NCBI GenBank assembly: GCA_002269645.1
Contig: NIVC01000404.1
Span: 186,001 to 250,000 of the forward strand
Origin: Macrostomum lignano
Taxonomy: Eukaryota
Length of the DNA: 64,000 nucleotides
Direction of reading: 5' to 3'
Position numbers and translations under genes: made by a program. Positions 32,101-44,815 of this stretch are shown here, piece after piece (within the stretch, counting starts at the first letter, position 1; every line of letters begins with the position of its first letter). The notes beneath the pieces are model-generated. The model ran no database searches. It saw only the letters and a list, made by a program, of their open reading frames with translations, and was not told the origin of the DNA.

Positions 32101-35100
32101 ATACTGCTTTAAGTCCCAATAAAATCTTCGACCGACTGGAGTGTATTTGGGAAATAAGGAATTCTGTTTGATCCTTTCTTAACCGTCTGCTTGTAACTCG
32201 CTTGCTATTTTTGTCTGTTTTAGTGTCTGCCGGTCTGGTTTAGTGTCTGCCGGTCTGTTTTAGTGTCTGCCGGTCTGGTTTAGTGTCTGCCTGTCTGTTT
32301 TAGTGTCTGTCGGTCTGTTATAGCGTCTGCCTATCTGGTTTAGTGTCTGCCTGTCTGGTTTAGTGTCTGCCGGTCTGGTTTAGTGTCTGCCTGTCTGTTA
32401 TAGTGTCTGCCTGTCTGGTTTAGTGTCTGCCTGTCTGGTTTAGTGTCTGCCGGTCTGTTTTAGTGTCTGCCGGTCTGGTTTAGTGTCTGCCGGTCTGGTT
32501 TAGTGTCTGCCTGTCTGGTTTAGTGTCTGCCTGTCTGGTTTAGTGTCTGCCGGTCTGGTTTAGTGTCTGCCGGTCTGTTTTAGTGTCTGCCGGTCTGGTT
32601 TAGTGTCTGCCGGTCTGGTTTAGTGTCTGCCTGTCTGGTTTAGTGTCTGTCGGTCTGTTATAGTGTCTGCCTGTCTGGTTTAGTGTCTGCCTGTCTGGTT
32701 TAGTGTCTGCCTGTCTGGTTTAGTGTCTGCCGGTCTGTTATAGCGTCTGCCGGTCTGGTTTAGTGTCTGCCGGTCTGGTTTAGTGTCTGCCTGTCTGGTT
32801 TAGTGTCTGCCGGTCTGGTTTAGTGTCTGCCTGTCTGGTTTAGTGTCTGCCTGTCTGGTTTAGTGTCTGCCGGTCTGGTTTAGTGTCTGCCGGTCTGGTT
32901 TAGTGTCTGCCGGTCTGGTTTAGTGTCTGCCTGTCTGGTTTAGTGTCTGCCTGTCTGGTTTAGTGTCTGCCGGTCTGGTTTAGTGTCTGCCTGTCTGGTT
33001 TAGTGTCTGTCGGTCTGTTATAGTGTCTGCCGGTCTGGTTTAGTGTCTGCCTGTCTGGTTTAGTGTCTGCCTGCCTGTTTTAGTGTCTGCCGGTCTGGTT
33101 TAGACTCTGCCTGTCTGTTTTAGTGGCTGCCTGTCTGGTTTAGTGTCTGCCTGTCTGGTTTAGTGTCTGCCTGCCTGTTTTAGTGTCTGCCGGTCTGGTT
33201 TAGACTCTGCCTGTCTGTTTTAGTGGCTGCCTGCCTGTTTTAGTGTCTGCCGGTCTGGTTTAGTGTCTGCCTGTCTGGTTTAGTGTCTGCCGGTCTGGTT
33301 TAGTGTCTGCCTGTCTGGTTTAGTGTCTGCCTGTCTGGTTTAGTGTCTGCCGGTCTGTTATAGCGTCTGCCGGTCTGGTTTAGTGTCTGCCTGTCTGGTT
33401 TAGTGTCTGCCGGTCTGGTTTAGTGTCTGCCTGTCTGGTTTAGTGTCTGCCTGCCTGTTTTAGTGTCTGCCGGTCTGGTTTAGACTCTGCCTGTCTGTTT
33501 TAGTGTCTGCCTGTCTGGTTTAGTGTCTGCCTGTCTGGTTTAGTGTCTGCCGGTCTGGTTTAGTGTCTGCCTGTCTGGTTTAGTGTCTGCCTGTCTGGTT
33601 TAGTGTCTGCCGGTCTGTTATAGCGTCTGCCGGTCTGGTTTAGTGTCTGCCTGTCTGGTTTAGTGTCTGCCGGTCTGTTTTAGTGTCTGCCTGTCTGGTT
33701 TAGTGTCTGCCTGTCTGGTTTAGTGTCTGCCTGTCTGGTTTAGTGTCTGCCGGTCTGGTTTAGTGTCTGCCGGTCTGGTTTAGTGTCTGCCTGTCTGGTT
33801 TAGTGTCTGCCTGTCTGGTTTAGTGTCTGCCGGTCTGGTTTAGTGTCTGCCTGCCTGTTTTAGTGTCTGCCTGTCTGGTTTAGTGTCTGTCGGTCTGTTA
33901 TAGTGTCTGCCGGTCTGGTTTAGTGTCTGCCTGTCTGGTTTAGTGTCTGCCTGTCTGGTTTAGTGTCTGCCGGTCTGGTTTAGTGTCTGCCGGTCTGGTT
34001 TAGTGTCTGCCTGTCTGGTTTAGTGTCTGCCTGTCTGGTTTAGTGTCTGCCGGTCTGGTTTAGTGTCTGCCTGCCTGTTTTAGTGTCTGCCGGTCTGGTT
34101 TAGACTCTGCCTGTCTGTTTTAGTGTCTGCCGGTCTGGTTTAGACTCTGCCTGTCTGTTTTAGTGTCTGCCGGTCTGGTTTAGTGTCTGCCGGTCTGGTT
34201 TAGTGTCTGCCTACCTGTCTGTCTGCCTATCTGTCTGTCTGTCTACTTGTTTGTTTTAGTATCTGTTTATCTGTCTGTCCATCTGTCTTAATCACTCAAA
34301 AGCACACATTTTCCCCAAGACCCTTCTCTCACAATCTGCTGGGCAAAAATATTTAATTAAAATTTTCCGCCTCAAGAAGACTAATTATATTTACTCGAAT
34401 AGAGGAAGCTGCAAAAAAGTTAAATACAATTTTATACCCGCCTCTATTAATCAGTCTTCTGCAAAGAAACACTGAATCAAGTCCATCATTGAGCAGAAAG
34501 CCCATATTTCTAAGAAATTCAAGCCAGAGTAAGCTGCGCAAAACTGCTTGTGCAACACGCAAAAGCAGCAACAGGAAAAAATTGCCTATCCAACCCGCTC
34601 GTACTGGTTTTGTTGCAAGCAAGCAAAAAGGCAACACACCCGAAGGAATGTACGGAGAAGTTTATTACGAATTAATTTGATGACTACATAGTAAAAGCAC
34701 TGCAGGATATTATTTAACTATTCGAAAAATATCATTACGTCGGATCTGCTTCTTTTTTAGACTAGTCTAGAATCTAGATTGCATGACCACCTCAAGGCTT
34801 CGGTCTTCTTCTAACTAATGGCCATAGAATAGCAATTGATTGTAAATGCCATTCAACCACTGTTTTAGTAGGCATCAACTACAGTGACTCAAGACTGTCT
34901 AATCAAACAAACAATATGATCACAATCATTATGACCATTTACCATATGACACTAAAGATCCTGACCAGAAGCATATAACTTTTAAGGTAAAACTAAGACT
35001 TTAATCTAAATGGCGCATAATATTTATGACCATTAACAATATGACCGACCCTACAGACTATGACCATCACCCATATGACACTTACAAACAGACTATGACC

Positions 35101-38100
35101 ATTTAGCATATGACCCTAACAATCAGACTATGACCGTACCCTATATGACCCTAACAAGCAGACTATGACCATTATCCATATGACCCTAACAAGCAGACTA
35201 TGACCAGTATCCATATGACCCAAACAGACTATGACCATTTTGCATATGGCCCTAACAAGCAGACTATGACCATTACCGATATGACCCAAACAAGCAGACT
35301 ATGACCATTACCTATATGACCCTAAGAAACAGACTATGACCATCACCCATATGACCCTAACAACCAGACTATGACTATTATCCACATGACCACATGACCC
35401 AAACAGACTATGACCATTTCGCATATGACCCAAACAAGCAGACTATGACCATTATCCATATGACCCTAACAAGCAGACTATGACCATTATCCATATGACC
35501 CAAACAGACTATGACCATTATCCATATGACCCTAACAAGCAGACTATGACCATACCCCATATGACTCAAACAGACTATGACCATGAAAAAGTAAACCTAT
35601 CAATTACCGAAGAACACGCACCTGATAGCAGTACAGACCATAGAACTTGGGCAGCAGAGTTCGGGGTTCTGAGTCAGGGTCAAATAGTACTGCAGTAGCA
35701 ATCGCTGCAGGTACTTGGCTTCCTTGTGCTGCACAGTTTTAATAATGAAATTATCATCCGCAGTGCGATAGAAGATGGAGCCGGAGGCGCCTGGATTTGA
35801 TAATTCTTCCAATTCTTCGCCGCAAATGGATGCCAAAAATTGCGATATGTCAATATTGTACAGCTTGCGAAAGTGCCTGAACGCCAGTGGGGCGTACGTT
35901 TTGAATGTGAAGCTGCTCATGGTGTGCGCCATGGTGAGCTTGCCGCCCTCTCTGCGGGTGGGCGAGCAGCAAAAGTACATTTGGTTAGATTGTAGTGAGT
36001 ATAGCACAGACAGACCGACACTAGGACAAACAGACATAGAGACAGACAGACACTAAGAAAGACACAGATCGCCAGACACTAAAAGAAACACATACAGATA
36101 GCCAGACACTAGGACTAAAGCAGACACATACAGATAGCCAGAAACTAACAGAAACACATACAGATAGCCAGACACAAACAGTACAGACAGACACAGATAG
36201 CCAGACACAAACAGACACATACAGATAGCCAGACACAAACAGAGACACATACAAATAGCCAGACACTAACAGTACAGACAGACACAGATAGCCAGACACA
36301 AACAGACACATACAGATAGCCAGACACAAACAGAGACACATACAAATAGCCAGACACTAACAGTACAGACAGAAACAGATAGCCAGACACAAACAGAGAC
36401 ACATACAAATAACCAGACACTAACAGTACAGACAGACACAGATAGCCAGACACAAACAGAGACACATACAAATAACCAGACACTAACAGTACAGACAGAC
36501 ACAGATAGCCAGACACAAACAGAGACACATACAAATAACCAGACACTAACAGTACAGACAGACACAGATAGCCAGACACAAACAGAGACACATACAAATA
36601 ACCAGACACTAACAGTACAGACAGACACAGATAGCCAGACACTAACAGAGACACATACAAATAGCCAGACACTAACAGTACAGACAGACACAGATAGCCA
36701 GACACTAACAGAGACACATGCAGATAGCCAGACACAAACAGAGACACATACAGATAGCCGGACACAAACAGAGACACATACAAATAGCCAGACACTTAAC
36801 AGTACAGACAGACACAGACAGCCAGACACTAACAGTACAGACAGACACAGATAGCCAGACACTAACAGAGACACATACAAATAGCCAGACACTTAACAGT
36901 ACAGACAGACACAGACAGCCAGACACTAACAGTACAGACAGACACAGATAGCCAGACACTAACAGAGACACTGACACATACAAATAACCAGACACTAACA
37001 GTACAGACAGACACAGATAGCCAGACACTAACAGAGACACATGCAGATAGCCAGACACAAACAGAGACACATACAGATAGCCGGACACAAACAGAGACAC
37101 ATACAAATAGCCAGACACTTAACAGTACAGACAGACACAGACAGCCAGACACTAACAGTACAGACAGACACAGACAGCCAGACACTAACAGTACAGACAG
37201 ACACAGATAGCCAGACACTAACAGAGACACATACAAATAGCCAGACACTAACAGTACAGACAGACACAGATAGCCAGACACTAACAGTACAGACAGACAC
37301 AGATAGCCAGACACTAACAGAGACACATACAAATAGCCAGACACTAACAGTACAGACAGACACAGATAGCCAGACACTAACAGTACAGACAGACACAGAT
37401 AGCCAGACACTAACAGAGACACATGCAGATAGCCAGACACTAACAGACAGACACAGATAGCCAGACACTAACAGACACATACAGATAGCCAGACACAAAC
37501 AGTACAGACAGACACAGATAGCCAGACACAAACAGAGACACATACAAATAGCCAGACACTAACAGTACAGACAGACACAGATAGCCAGACACTAACAGTA
37601 CAGACAGACACAGATAGCCAGACACAAACAGTACAGACAGACACAGATAGCCAGACACAAACAGAGACACATACAAATAGCCAGACACTAACAGTACAGA
37701 CAGACACAGATAGGCACACTAAGACTAAGGCAGACACAGAGATACAAGCACAACAAACAAATCACGCACAGCAGAGGCCGCTCACCTGGGAAAATCCACA
37801 ATCTCACAAACGCCAAAGTCCTGAGTCAGCAGGTCCCTACTGGGCTTTTGCGCCTCGTTGCCGACAGAATTCTGTATGCCCAGCTGGATCGCTCGCATGA
37901 TCTCGTTGGTTGGTCTCTGCCAGTGTTAATTGTGGCCGGCTTTGATGTCCAATCCAATTTAGTCTTGAAATAGCTGAATCAGATAACTCCGATTTATTCT
38001 TAAATCCTAAGTTTTAAACTTTTAGTTTCGTTTGAAATAACACAACCTAAATCTTTGTTGTTTTCAAGATTCCAAATCCCAGTGTCTTCACAATTCACAA

Positions 38101-39180
38101 ATCCCCAAATCCGTGTCTTCCTAAGTCCTCAAATCCCAGTGTCTTCCCAAATCCCCAAATCCCAGTGTCTTCACAAATCCCCAAATCCGTGTCTTCCTAA
38201 GTCCTCAAATCCCAGTGTCTTCCCAAATCCCCAAATCCCAGTGTCTTCCCAAATCCCCAAATCCCAGTGTCTTCACAAATCCCCAAATCCACGTGTCTTC
38301 CCAAAACATCACATCTCAGTCTCTTCCCAAATCTCCAAATCCCAGTCTCTTCCCAAATCTTCAAATCCCAGTCTCTTCCCAAATCTTCAAATCCCAGTCT
38401 CTTCCCAAATCTTCAAATCCCAGTCTCTTCCCAAATCTTCAATTCCCAGTCTCTTCCCAAATCTTCAAATCCCAGTCTCTTCCCAAATCTTCAAATCCCA
38501 GTCTCTTCCCAAATCTTCAAATCCCAGTCTCTTCCCAAATCTCCAAATCCCAGTCTCTTCCCAAATCTCCAAATCCCAGTTTCTTCCCAAATCTCCAAAT
38601 CCCAGTCTCTTCCCAAATCTCCAAATCCCAGTGTCTTGCAATCCCCAAATCCCTGATTCCCTGTGTCCTCCCAAATCACAAGTTTCTTTCCAAATCCCCA
38701 AATCCCGGTTTCTTCCCAAATCCTTAAATCCTGGCTTCTTCCGAAATCCCTAAATCTCAGTTTCTTTTAAATCCCTAAATCCCTAACTCTTAAGTTTTTT
38801 CCCCCAAATCTCCTAATTTCTTTAAAAGTCCCAATAACCAGTTGTTTTCTTCAGAATTACATCAAACAAGCAGTTTTTTTTTGAATCAACACGAGACAAA
38901 GCTTCGCTTACCTTCTTATAGGTCACCTGACCCTCATCGTCGACGCGTCGGTGGCCGAGTTTTTGCTTTTCCCGACGACTTAAATTAGCGGCGGCGGCAG
39001 CTGCAGCGAAGGAACCGGAAGCGGAAGCAGCTGTTGCCGATTGTAAGAAGTTCGCACCGGCAGCCGGTGGCAGCACCGAGGGATTGGAGGCTGCTGCCCA
39101 GCAGCTGCAGAGGAATTACTGGGTCCACCAGCCGCTGCACCGCCGCCACCGCGACTTTGGGCGCCAGCGCCCTGCAGCAT
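18825..39180 (-). CDS. PIP5K1: Type I phosphatidylinositol-4-phosphate 5-kinase, about 665 aa. Exons 38912-39180, 37786-37916, 35622-35951, 31700-31860, 30870-31026, 29935-30254, 29366-29498, 27947-28034, 26827-26886, 24953-25096, 22712-22855, (20558-20595), 18825/18872-18883
   Basis: Motifs: [125 protein letters not shown], and activation loop [22 protein letters not shown] (type-I Glu retained). One base must be added at 39097-39099 and one at 35663-35666 to keep frame. The four or five C-terminal tail exons rest on splice sites and phase only. Confidence 0.95.
19020..19315. repeat. 46-bp minisatellite, about 6.5 copies
   Basis: Unit GACTGGCTATGCGGCGAGTGTACATTGGCTTGGGGTGGTGGGTGAG; no unique spacers. 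Confidence 0.95.
19825..20465. repeat. ~38-40-bp degenerate repeat GACCAATAGGAATGAAGGATGGGCGGGGTGGGTGTCC
   Basis: Direct reading. Confidence 0.9.
20558..20595 (-). CDS. Putative 38-nt cassette exon of PIP5K1 ([13 protein letters not shown]) that shifts the frame of the last exon
   Basis: ctataatcaacAG|TGGTTGG...CACACG|GTAAAA. Phase 1 in, phase 0 out; no stop codon. Confidence 0.5.
21230..22585. repeat. Purine-rich satellite (GGGAGACAGGAGAA core)
   Basis: Direct reading; source of the ~460-aa pseudo-ORFs. Confidence 0.97.
23080..24935. repeat. 31-bp minisatellite CAGACACAGGAGAACTGGACACAGAGAGAGT
   Basis: The 31-aa periodicity of the pseudo-ORF equals three units. Confidence 0.98.
25990..26340. 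repeat. (CTGT)n microsatellite
   Basis: Direct reading. Confidence 0.95.
27085..27575. repeat. 28-bp minisatellite GGGAGGCTGGCCCAGCAACTGAGGATCT
   Basis: Direct reading. Confidence 0.95.
28391..29229 (+). mobile_element. Solo LTR (839 bp; a 4-bp TSD suggests Gypsy/Ty3), antisense within a PIP5K1 intron
   Basis: TG...CA termini; TTAT duplicated at 28387-28390 and 29230-29233; internal TATAAATA near 28678. Removing the element restores the local repeat unit AATTTATGCCACCAAC-AAAA--CTCTGATCT seen at about 28333-28365. Confidence 0.85.
29585..29920. repeat. 18-bp minisatellite CCCATCATAATGAGAAAT
   Basis: Direct reading. Confidence 0.9.
30385..30795. repeat. ~22-23-bp degenerate repeat GGGAAATCCCAGGGTAGTTTATT
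   Basis: Direct reading. Confidence 0.85.
31045..31635. repeat. 17-bp minisatellite TGGAGTGCTCAAATGGA
   Basis: Direct reading. Confidence 0.96.
32210..34215. repeat. 20-bp minisatellite TAGTGTCTGCC(T/G)GTCTGGTT, about 100 copies
   Basis: Direct reading. Confidence 0.98.
34925..35585. repeat. ~31-35-bp repeat with TATGACC core
   Basis: Unit approximates TATGACCCTAACAAGCAGACTATGACCATTATCCA. Confidence 0.9.
36005..37735. repeat. GACA-derived composite satellite (AGATAGCCAGACACTAACAGTACAGACAGACAC)
   Basis: Direct reading. Confidence 0.96.
38065..38815. repeat. 26-bp minisatellite CCCAGTCTCTTCCCAAATCTCCAAAT
   Basis: Direct reading. Confidence 0.93.
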
Positions 39181-40323
39181 GACTTGTTATTATTGCAAAT
39201 AAAAACCAATAGTTGACTTGAGAAATAGGAGGGAATGTTAGGCTTGAAAAAAGATGGAAACTTAGATAAAAATACTAATTAGACTAGACTAGAAAATATT
39301 TATTGGAATTGGACTCAAAGATAGTGCAGGGTGAAGTTAAAATTGTATGCAATGAAGTAGAGGCAACAGGAAAAGTCCGGTTGACACATTTGTACTTTTA
39401 AAGGCTGGTTCAGTTGTGGCATGCATAAAATGGAAGCTTTATAATAGTTTTAACCTTGACATGGTAGCATTTTTAAATATTTAATAACAAAACTATTGGG
39501 TTTCTATGGCAAAATTGAAATATATATTCACAAATTTGTTTTTCAATTCAGATACCAACTTTTAAGCATTAGAATTTCAGTGCCATTTTAAACAAATCGA
39601 AGATGTCAAATAAAATACTGTTGCCAACTAGCATTAGTCAAAAAGTAAAAATTAAACAATATACCAACATCTTTTCAGTAGATACTCCATCTAATAAGCT
39701 TAAGTTTATGTAATAATTGTCCCTAATTATCCTCTTGCTTGTTTTCTCCTATCCCAGGTCCAATTTTTTGTCACTTTTTTATCCAAATCCAGCTTCCTAA
39801 TATCACTGTGAGCAGAATGACATATCTATATATAAATATAAAAATATATATATAAATATATAAAAAAATTAATAAAATATAATAGTGCTTCATAACTTTG
39901 TGTAACTATAAGTTGTAAAGGAGAAATAGACAAGACTTATTTCGTTATAATATACATGTAAATTTCAAATGTAACAATGTAAAAAAAATCCATCATTGTC
40001 ATTAATAAAAAAGGTAAAGTAACATAATTGTGAAATTTTGGTATATATGATAATCACATTTCTAATTTTTGGTATACTTAGTAGACTATACCTAAAATTT
40101 ACCTAAAAAAACTTTGGCATATACTAGACACCAGAAATCCTCTAGTTTTGCATGTTTAATTATTTTTCAAAAAATATTGACTTTGTTAGTTACCGCAAAT
40201 AAATATTTAAACTTGTGCAAGTATAAGATGTGGCAGTAATGTGGCAGACATCGATTTTATGTCTATGATCACTAGTTTGAGATAGCTAAAGGCATGCTTG
40301 GGTGCAACCTAAGAATTCACCCA

Positions 40324-40437
40324 GCCATTTCTATTGGCAACACACACATGTAAGTTGCTTTTGGATAGAATAGTAGTCACGTGACTGCTTTCAGCCAATA
40401 GCATTAACAATTTACATGTGTTGCCAATAGAAATGGC
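40324..40437. repeat. Imperfect palindrome (MITE-like hairpin)
   Basis: Perfect 20-bp arms at 40324-40343 and 40418-40437; central palindrome AGTCACGTGACT at 40375-40386. Confidence 0.75.
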
Positions 40438-40699
40438 CAAATGATTCTCAAGGTTATGCATATATGGCTAAAGGCTGTCTATGGCCTTTAGTAAATGTCT
40501 AAGGCAAAACCCTGCAATAGCTCCCTGTTTTTTAAAAGGGACTAAGCTAGGAAAGACTGGGATTCTGAGAGATTTCTTGCCTTGCTTTTTTCTTATATCT
40601 TAGGCAACACAACAAAGCATAATTCTAATTGTGGATGTTCAACCTGCAGTAGATCTATGTAACTTCAACCCTATGATATGTGAGCTTACTATAATAAAA

Positions 40700-41270
40700 G
40701 CTATCAATGAAGCAATGGTCCATTGGCTGGCCATGTACCACTTGCTGGTCAATCAATGTTAATGTGGCACTTGTCCTAGGCAGCCAGCTATGCATTTGCA
40801 GAAATGGCAAGGTGGACACTTTGTCAATGACTGCTGCTAAGCATGTCCACAATGTTGGACTCAGGCCTCAATCCAAAAGGGCTCCTTTTTTGAGGCTAGC
40901 CATCTACCCTTGACCCAGATAATTGACATAATGTACTGGTGGGCAGTGCAGGCCAAGCAGGAAGATGCCCGACAACAGTGTAGAAACATTGCCATCTAGA
41001 CCATTGTGGATAGGCAAAACTTTATCTGCAACATCAGTAGCCAATACTTGCAAGACTATCCACTGCAGCTGGGAAGACCTGGTGTCAATGTTGAAATCGA
41101 CAAAAGCTATTTCTTTCACTGTAAATACCATCAAGGCCAGTATCAGCCAGGCCAATAGGTTTTAAATATGGTTGAATAAGGCTTGAACCATTGCATAGTG
41201 GCCATACTAGATTGCAGTGCAGCCAGTATCCTGCCCCTAGTGCAACAGTATGTATTGCCATGCATGACAC
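40700..41270 (+). pseudogene. Decayed Merlin (IS1595/ISXO2-like) DDE transposase fragment
   Basis: A single frame with 5 stops reads CGTC...CPQC..ASIQKGSFF...PLQLGRPGVNVEIDKS...KY..G...GQ*V..MVE*...DCSAASILPLVQQYVLP. This matches the zinc ribbon and the GGPGxxVEIDES...LLPIIxxxVLPG pattern of Merlin transposases, and breaks off before the second catalytic Asp. Confidence 0.8.
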
Positions 41271-42136
41271 ATTTAAGTCCCTATTTGATAACCCACCTAG
41301 ATGGTACTGTAGATTCTATGGTACCATTGCTACCTGCGCAACATCTTCAACAATATATGTTTCCCATAGTCAGGAAGGAGGCAAGTACATGCCAATTTTT
41401 CCCCTAACTTCTATGTGTATGCTAAGTGTATGCCAAAATTTGAGCCTGCAAGTTTTTATATGCCAAAAAATGAGTGTCTTAAACATATATACTGTTATTC
41501 TCTAGATAAGCCACTTTTTATTAAAACAATGTTAAAATTTGGAACCAAAAAAGCAAGAAAAATATATTTAAGCTGTCAAGCTGACCACAGTTGCTTAAAG
41601 TTTAAGTTTAGTAGCTGAGAGACATAGACATTATTTTTTGTTTTATTTATATAAATTGTACAATAAAAAATCTGGGGTGGGAAAAGTTCTAACATTCAAA
41701 GGTTTATCACGCTGTATTAATTATATTACATTAAATTCAAATGAATTATTTTCTTTATTTGTAAACTCGAGGAGTTGTAATTTATAATGGTCAAGTTCAT
41801 ACATGTGCAACTGCTGGCCAACCTGGCTGATCAGGCCACCATAAATTGTGGTGGACCAGGAGTAAGTTGCAAAAATGCCTATCCCAAAGAATACAGACGT
41901 AGTGCTAATTAGATATTGAGGCATTTAGCCCTTATAAGAGAGTCAAAGTTACTCCTGCTGTTTACCCAAAATTGTGTTATGTTGCTCTAGGGTTTCTTTC
42001 ATAGGTAAGTTGCATTTTTGGTCAAAAAGTAAGTTGCATGGCCAGTGTAAATCAGGGGGGTTGCACATGTATGGTCAAGTTAGGATAGTGAAACCTAGTT
42101 ATATCATTGATGCCAAATGCCAAAATTGGGTACAAG

Positions 42137-42689
42137 GTATGCCCCATAGTCAGGAAGGTGGCTTTTTTTCTCAAAAATTCCAGCGTGCATTGGCATAGTC
42201 AAAGATATTTGGCGTACATTTGGCATACATGGCATACCACGGTTTAGAAAAAGTATCCCATGGCATGCAATGGCGTGCACGACACACAATTATATGCCAC
42301 GCCACGGCGCGGTATTGTGGGTGGGGCCCTGCCCTGCCCACCCACAATATCCCAAATCCTGATGCATAAAATTTATTTTTAAAAAACTGTTTTTTTAAAA
42401 CTGAAAAGGAAAGAAAAAATGTTTTTTCTGGTGCTAATTTTCTTTTGTTAAAGTCATTGAAATTTCAAGACAAAAGAAAACTTTGTTAAAGTTTGACTTT
42501 TATATTATTTTAAACTTCCATTATTATTTAAAAGATTATTATCGAAACTTCTGTTCATATGCACTACTACCCCCTACCCCCCAGTCTGTCGGCATACCAC
42601 TTACCTACTGGATTCTGATCTCAGCATACACGGCGTACCACTTTTTTACCAACTTTTTATTCCGGCGTACCCGTGCCTATGGGCCATAC
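42137..42689. mobile_element. Possible non-autonomous DNA transposon (MITE)
   Basis: 13-bp inverted ends with 1 mismatch (GTATGCCCCATAG / CTATGGGCCATAC); repeated GGC[AG]TAC motifs; internal 13-bp stem at 42313-42325/42337-42349. No TSD found. Confidence 0.45.
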
Positions 42690-44815
42690 ATTACTAGGCC
42701 GATGATATTTAGTGCAACCAAAAATAATATAACAGTCTTTAACTTTGTTTTGCATTGTTAAAACTTCATTCAAAATTTGTTAAATTTGAAAAATAATTAA
42801 ATGTACAAAAGTAGAGGATTGCCTAGACACCTTCCTGATAGTGGCAAATTTATAACAATGTTTAGTTTAGGCCTATATAATGATTATATTAAATTCAAAA
42901 AAGTATTTTATAGCAATAATAAATCTATAAATATAAACATATAAATATATAAATATCTATAAATATACTAGACATATATGCATTTTACATTATTATGAGA
43001 ATCATGAGATCATATTATATAATTTATAGGCTTATTAGGCCTAAAAATAGGCCCCATATCAATGGCTATCATCATGGCATGTTTTAACTTTTAAGCAATC
43101 AAATAGTTCAAATTCATTTCTATAGTCATTAGGAATTATATAGGACTCCTAGCATCATTAGAAGTGTCTCATGTATTTTAGCGATTGGTATTAAGTTTTA
43201 AAGGTAAAACCCTGGCGAAACCGAAGCCGAAGTTATGCCTGATTTCAAAATCAATAGAATCTAGTAGAAGTAGGTGATCCAACTTTTTCTACTTAGCATA
43301 CTGACATTATGAATTAAATATATAATTTACTGGGCTTTGCAACAGTCAAGAAAATGCATATATGCATATATGTAAATTAAAACTGACATATACCCTCACG
43401 GTTTGGGTTTGGTTTGGTAACGATTTGTAACGCATTCGATTTCTTCGATGTTATGCAATCTGAAAGGGTGCGCTTATTGGTTTAGATTAAAACAAGCTAT
43501 TAATTTGAAGGTAAAAAATATACAACTTAATTTTACAAATAGACTTAAGAAGGTTAAATATTTTTATATTATTTATCTTGCAAATTTTGATAGCTAACAC
43601 ACTACGTTCGTATACCCATTACACTCATGTAAAGCACGGTGCAATCCGTGTTATTGTGATATACGCGATGCTACAGAATATAAAGTAGTATTTCAATATT
43701 TCTTTGGTTAGGGTAGAATTTTTATAGTTTATTGACTGTGTATCAAAATTTGTAACAGAATGACGAAATGATTGAATAAAACCAAATGAATGATTCGAGC
43801 TGTGCCTTTTTAGAGTTTTACTAGGACTTGTACGATTGTACCAATGATTATAAAATTACCAAATTATCTTAACTTTATAAACAGAAAAGCGCTATGAATA
43901 AGAGCTACATGTATAGAAGAAGGCAAGACATATCTAGAAGATGAACATTGGGTCTGCAGCTCCCACCAAAACATGATAACAATTTTGAACTAAAAATGAA
44001 AACTCCCTATCTCCGTAAGTATTTTTGATAAAGCCTACCACCTAAAATTTCATAGAAACATAGTTTCCCGTCAATAGCTTCCCCTGATTCTTTCCTATCC
44101 TCTGATCCCTTCCCATCCTTCAGATTTCTCTCACTATATAGGATCCCTCTTCTGGTACGCTCGTAGTTGCGTCTTAGACTTTGCTCACATATATATATAC
44201 ATGTGCATGATAACATGAGCAAAGTACATGTAAAGTTGACAATGATACTACATGTACATGTACTAGACATGCAGTAACACCTGCACTCCAAGAGCTACTA
44301 TAGACATGCAGCTAAGGATATTAAAACCACATTTCAAACTGCACATCATTATTCATTCAAGTAGTTCCATTTTGCACTGCAATCGTTATTAATTCATTTC
44401 AAATTTGAATGATTTCGAGAGAACAGAAAAATTGCCAATCTTTATTGTCAACCGCAGCTAATGTACCGCGAGCTGTTTTATCAAGCAGCTGTGCTTTGAT
44501 TGATGAAAATGCCAACTGAAGACGGCATTTGAAGTTATTACATTTTAATTAAATTCTGTATTCGAATCTTACAGAAGAGAATGCATGGGTGAATGCATGA
44601 ATGCATGAACTAGCTGCATGGGTGACTTTTTACATGTACATGTAGAGAAAAGATTTGAAGTTATTTATGCTTGTAGATGCTTATATAGCTAGTTATATAT
44701 AGGTTCGACCAGTGCTGCATGACCACACATGCAGGCTTGAAATAAGCTCTGAGATTGAGAGGCAATTAAGCTCGAGTGGCGCGCGCGCGCTCACATGTGA
44801 TGGAAAGAAGAGATG

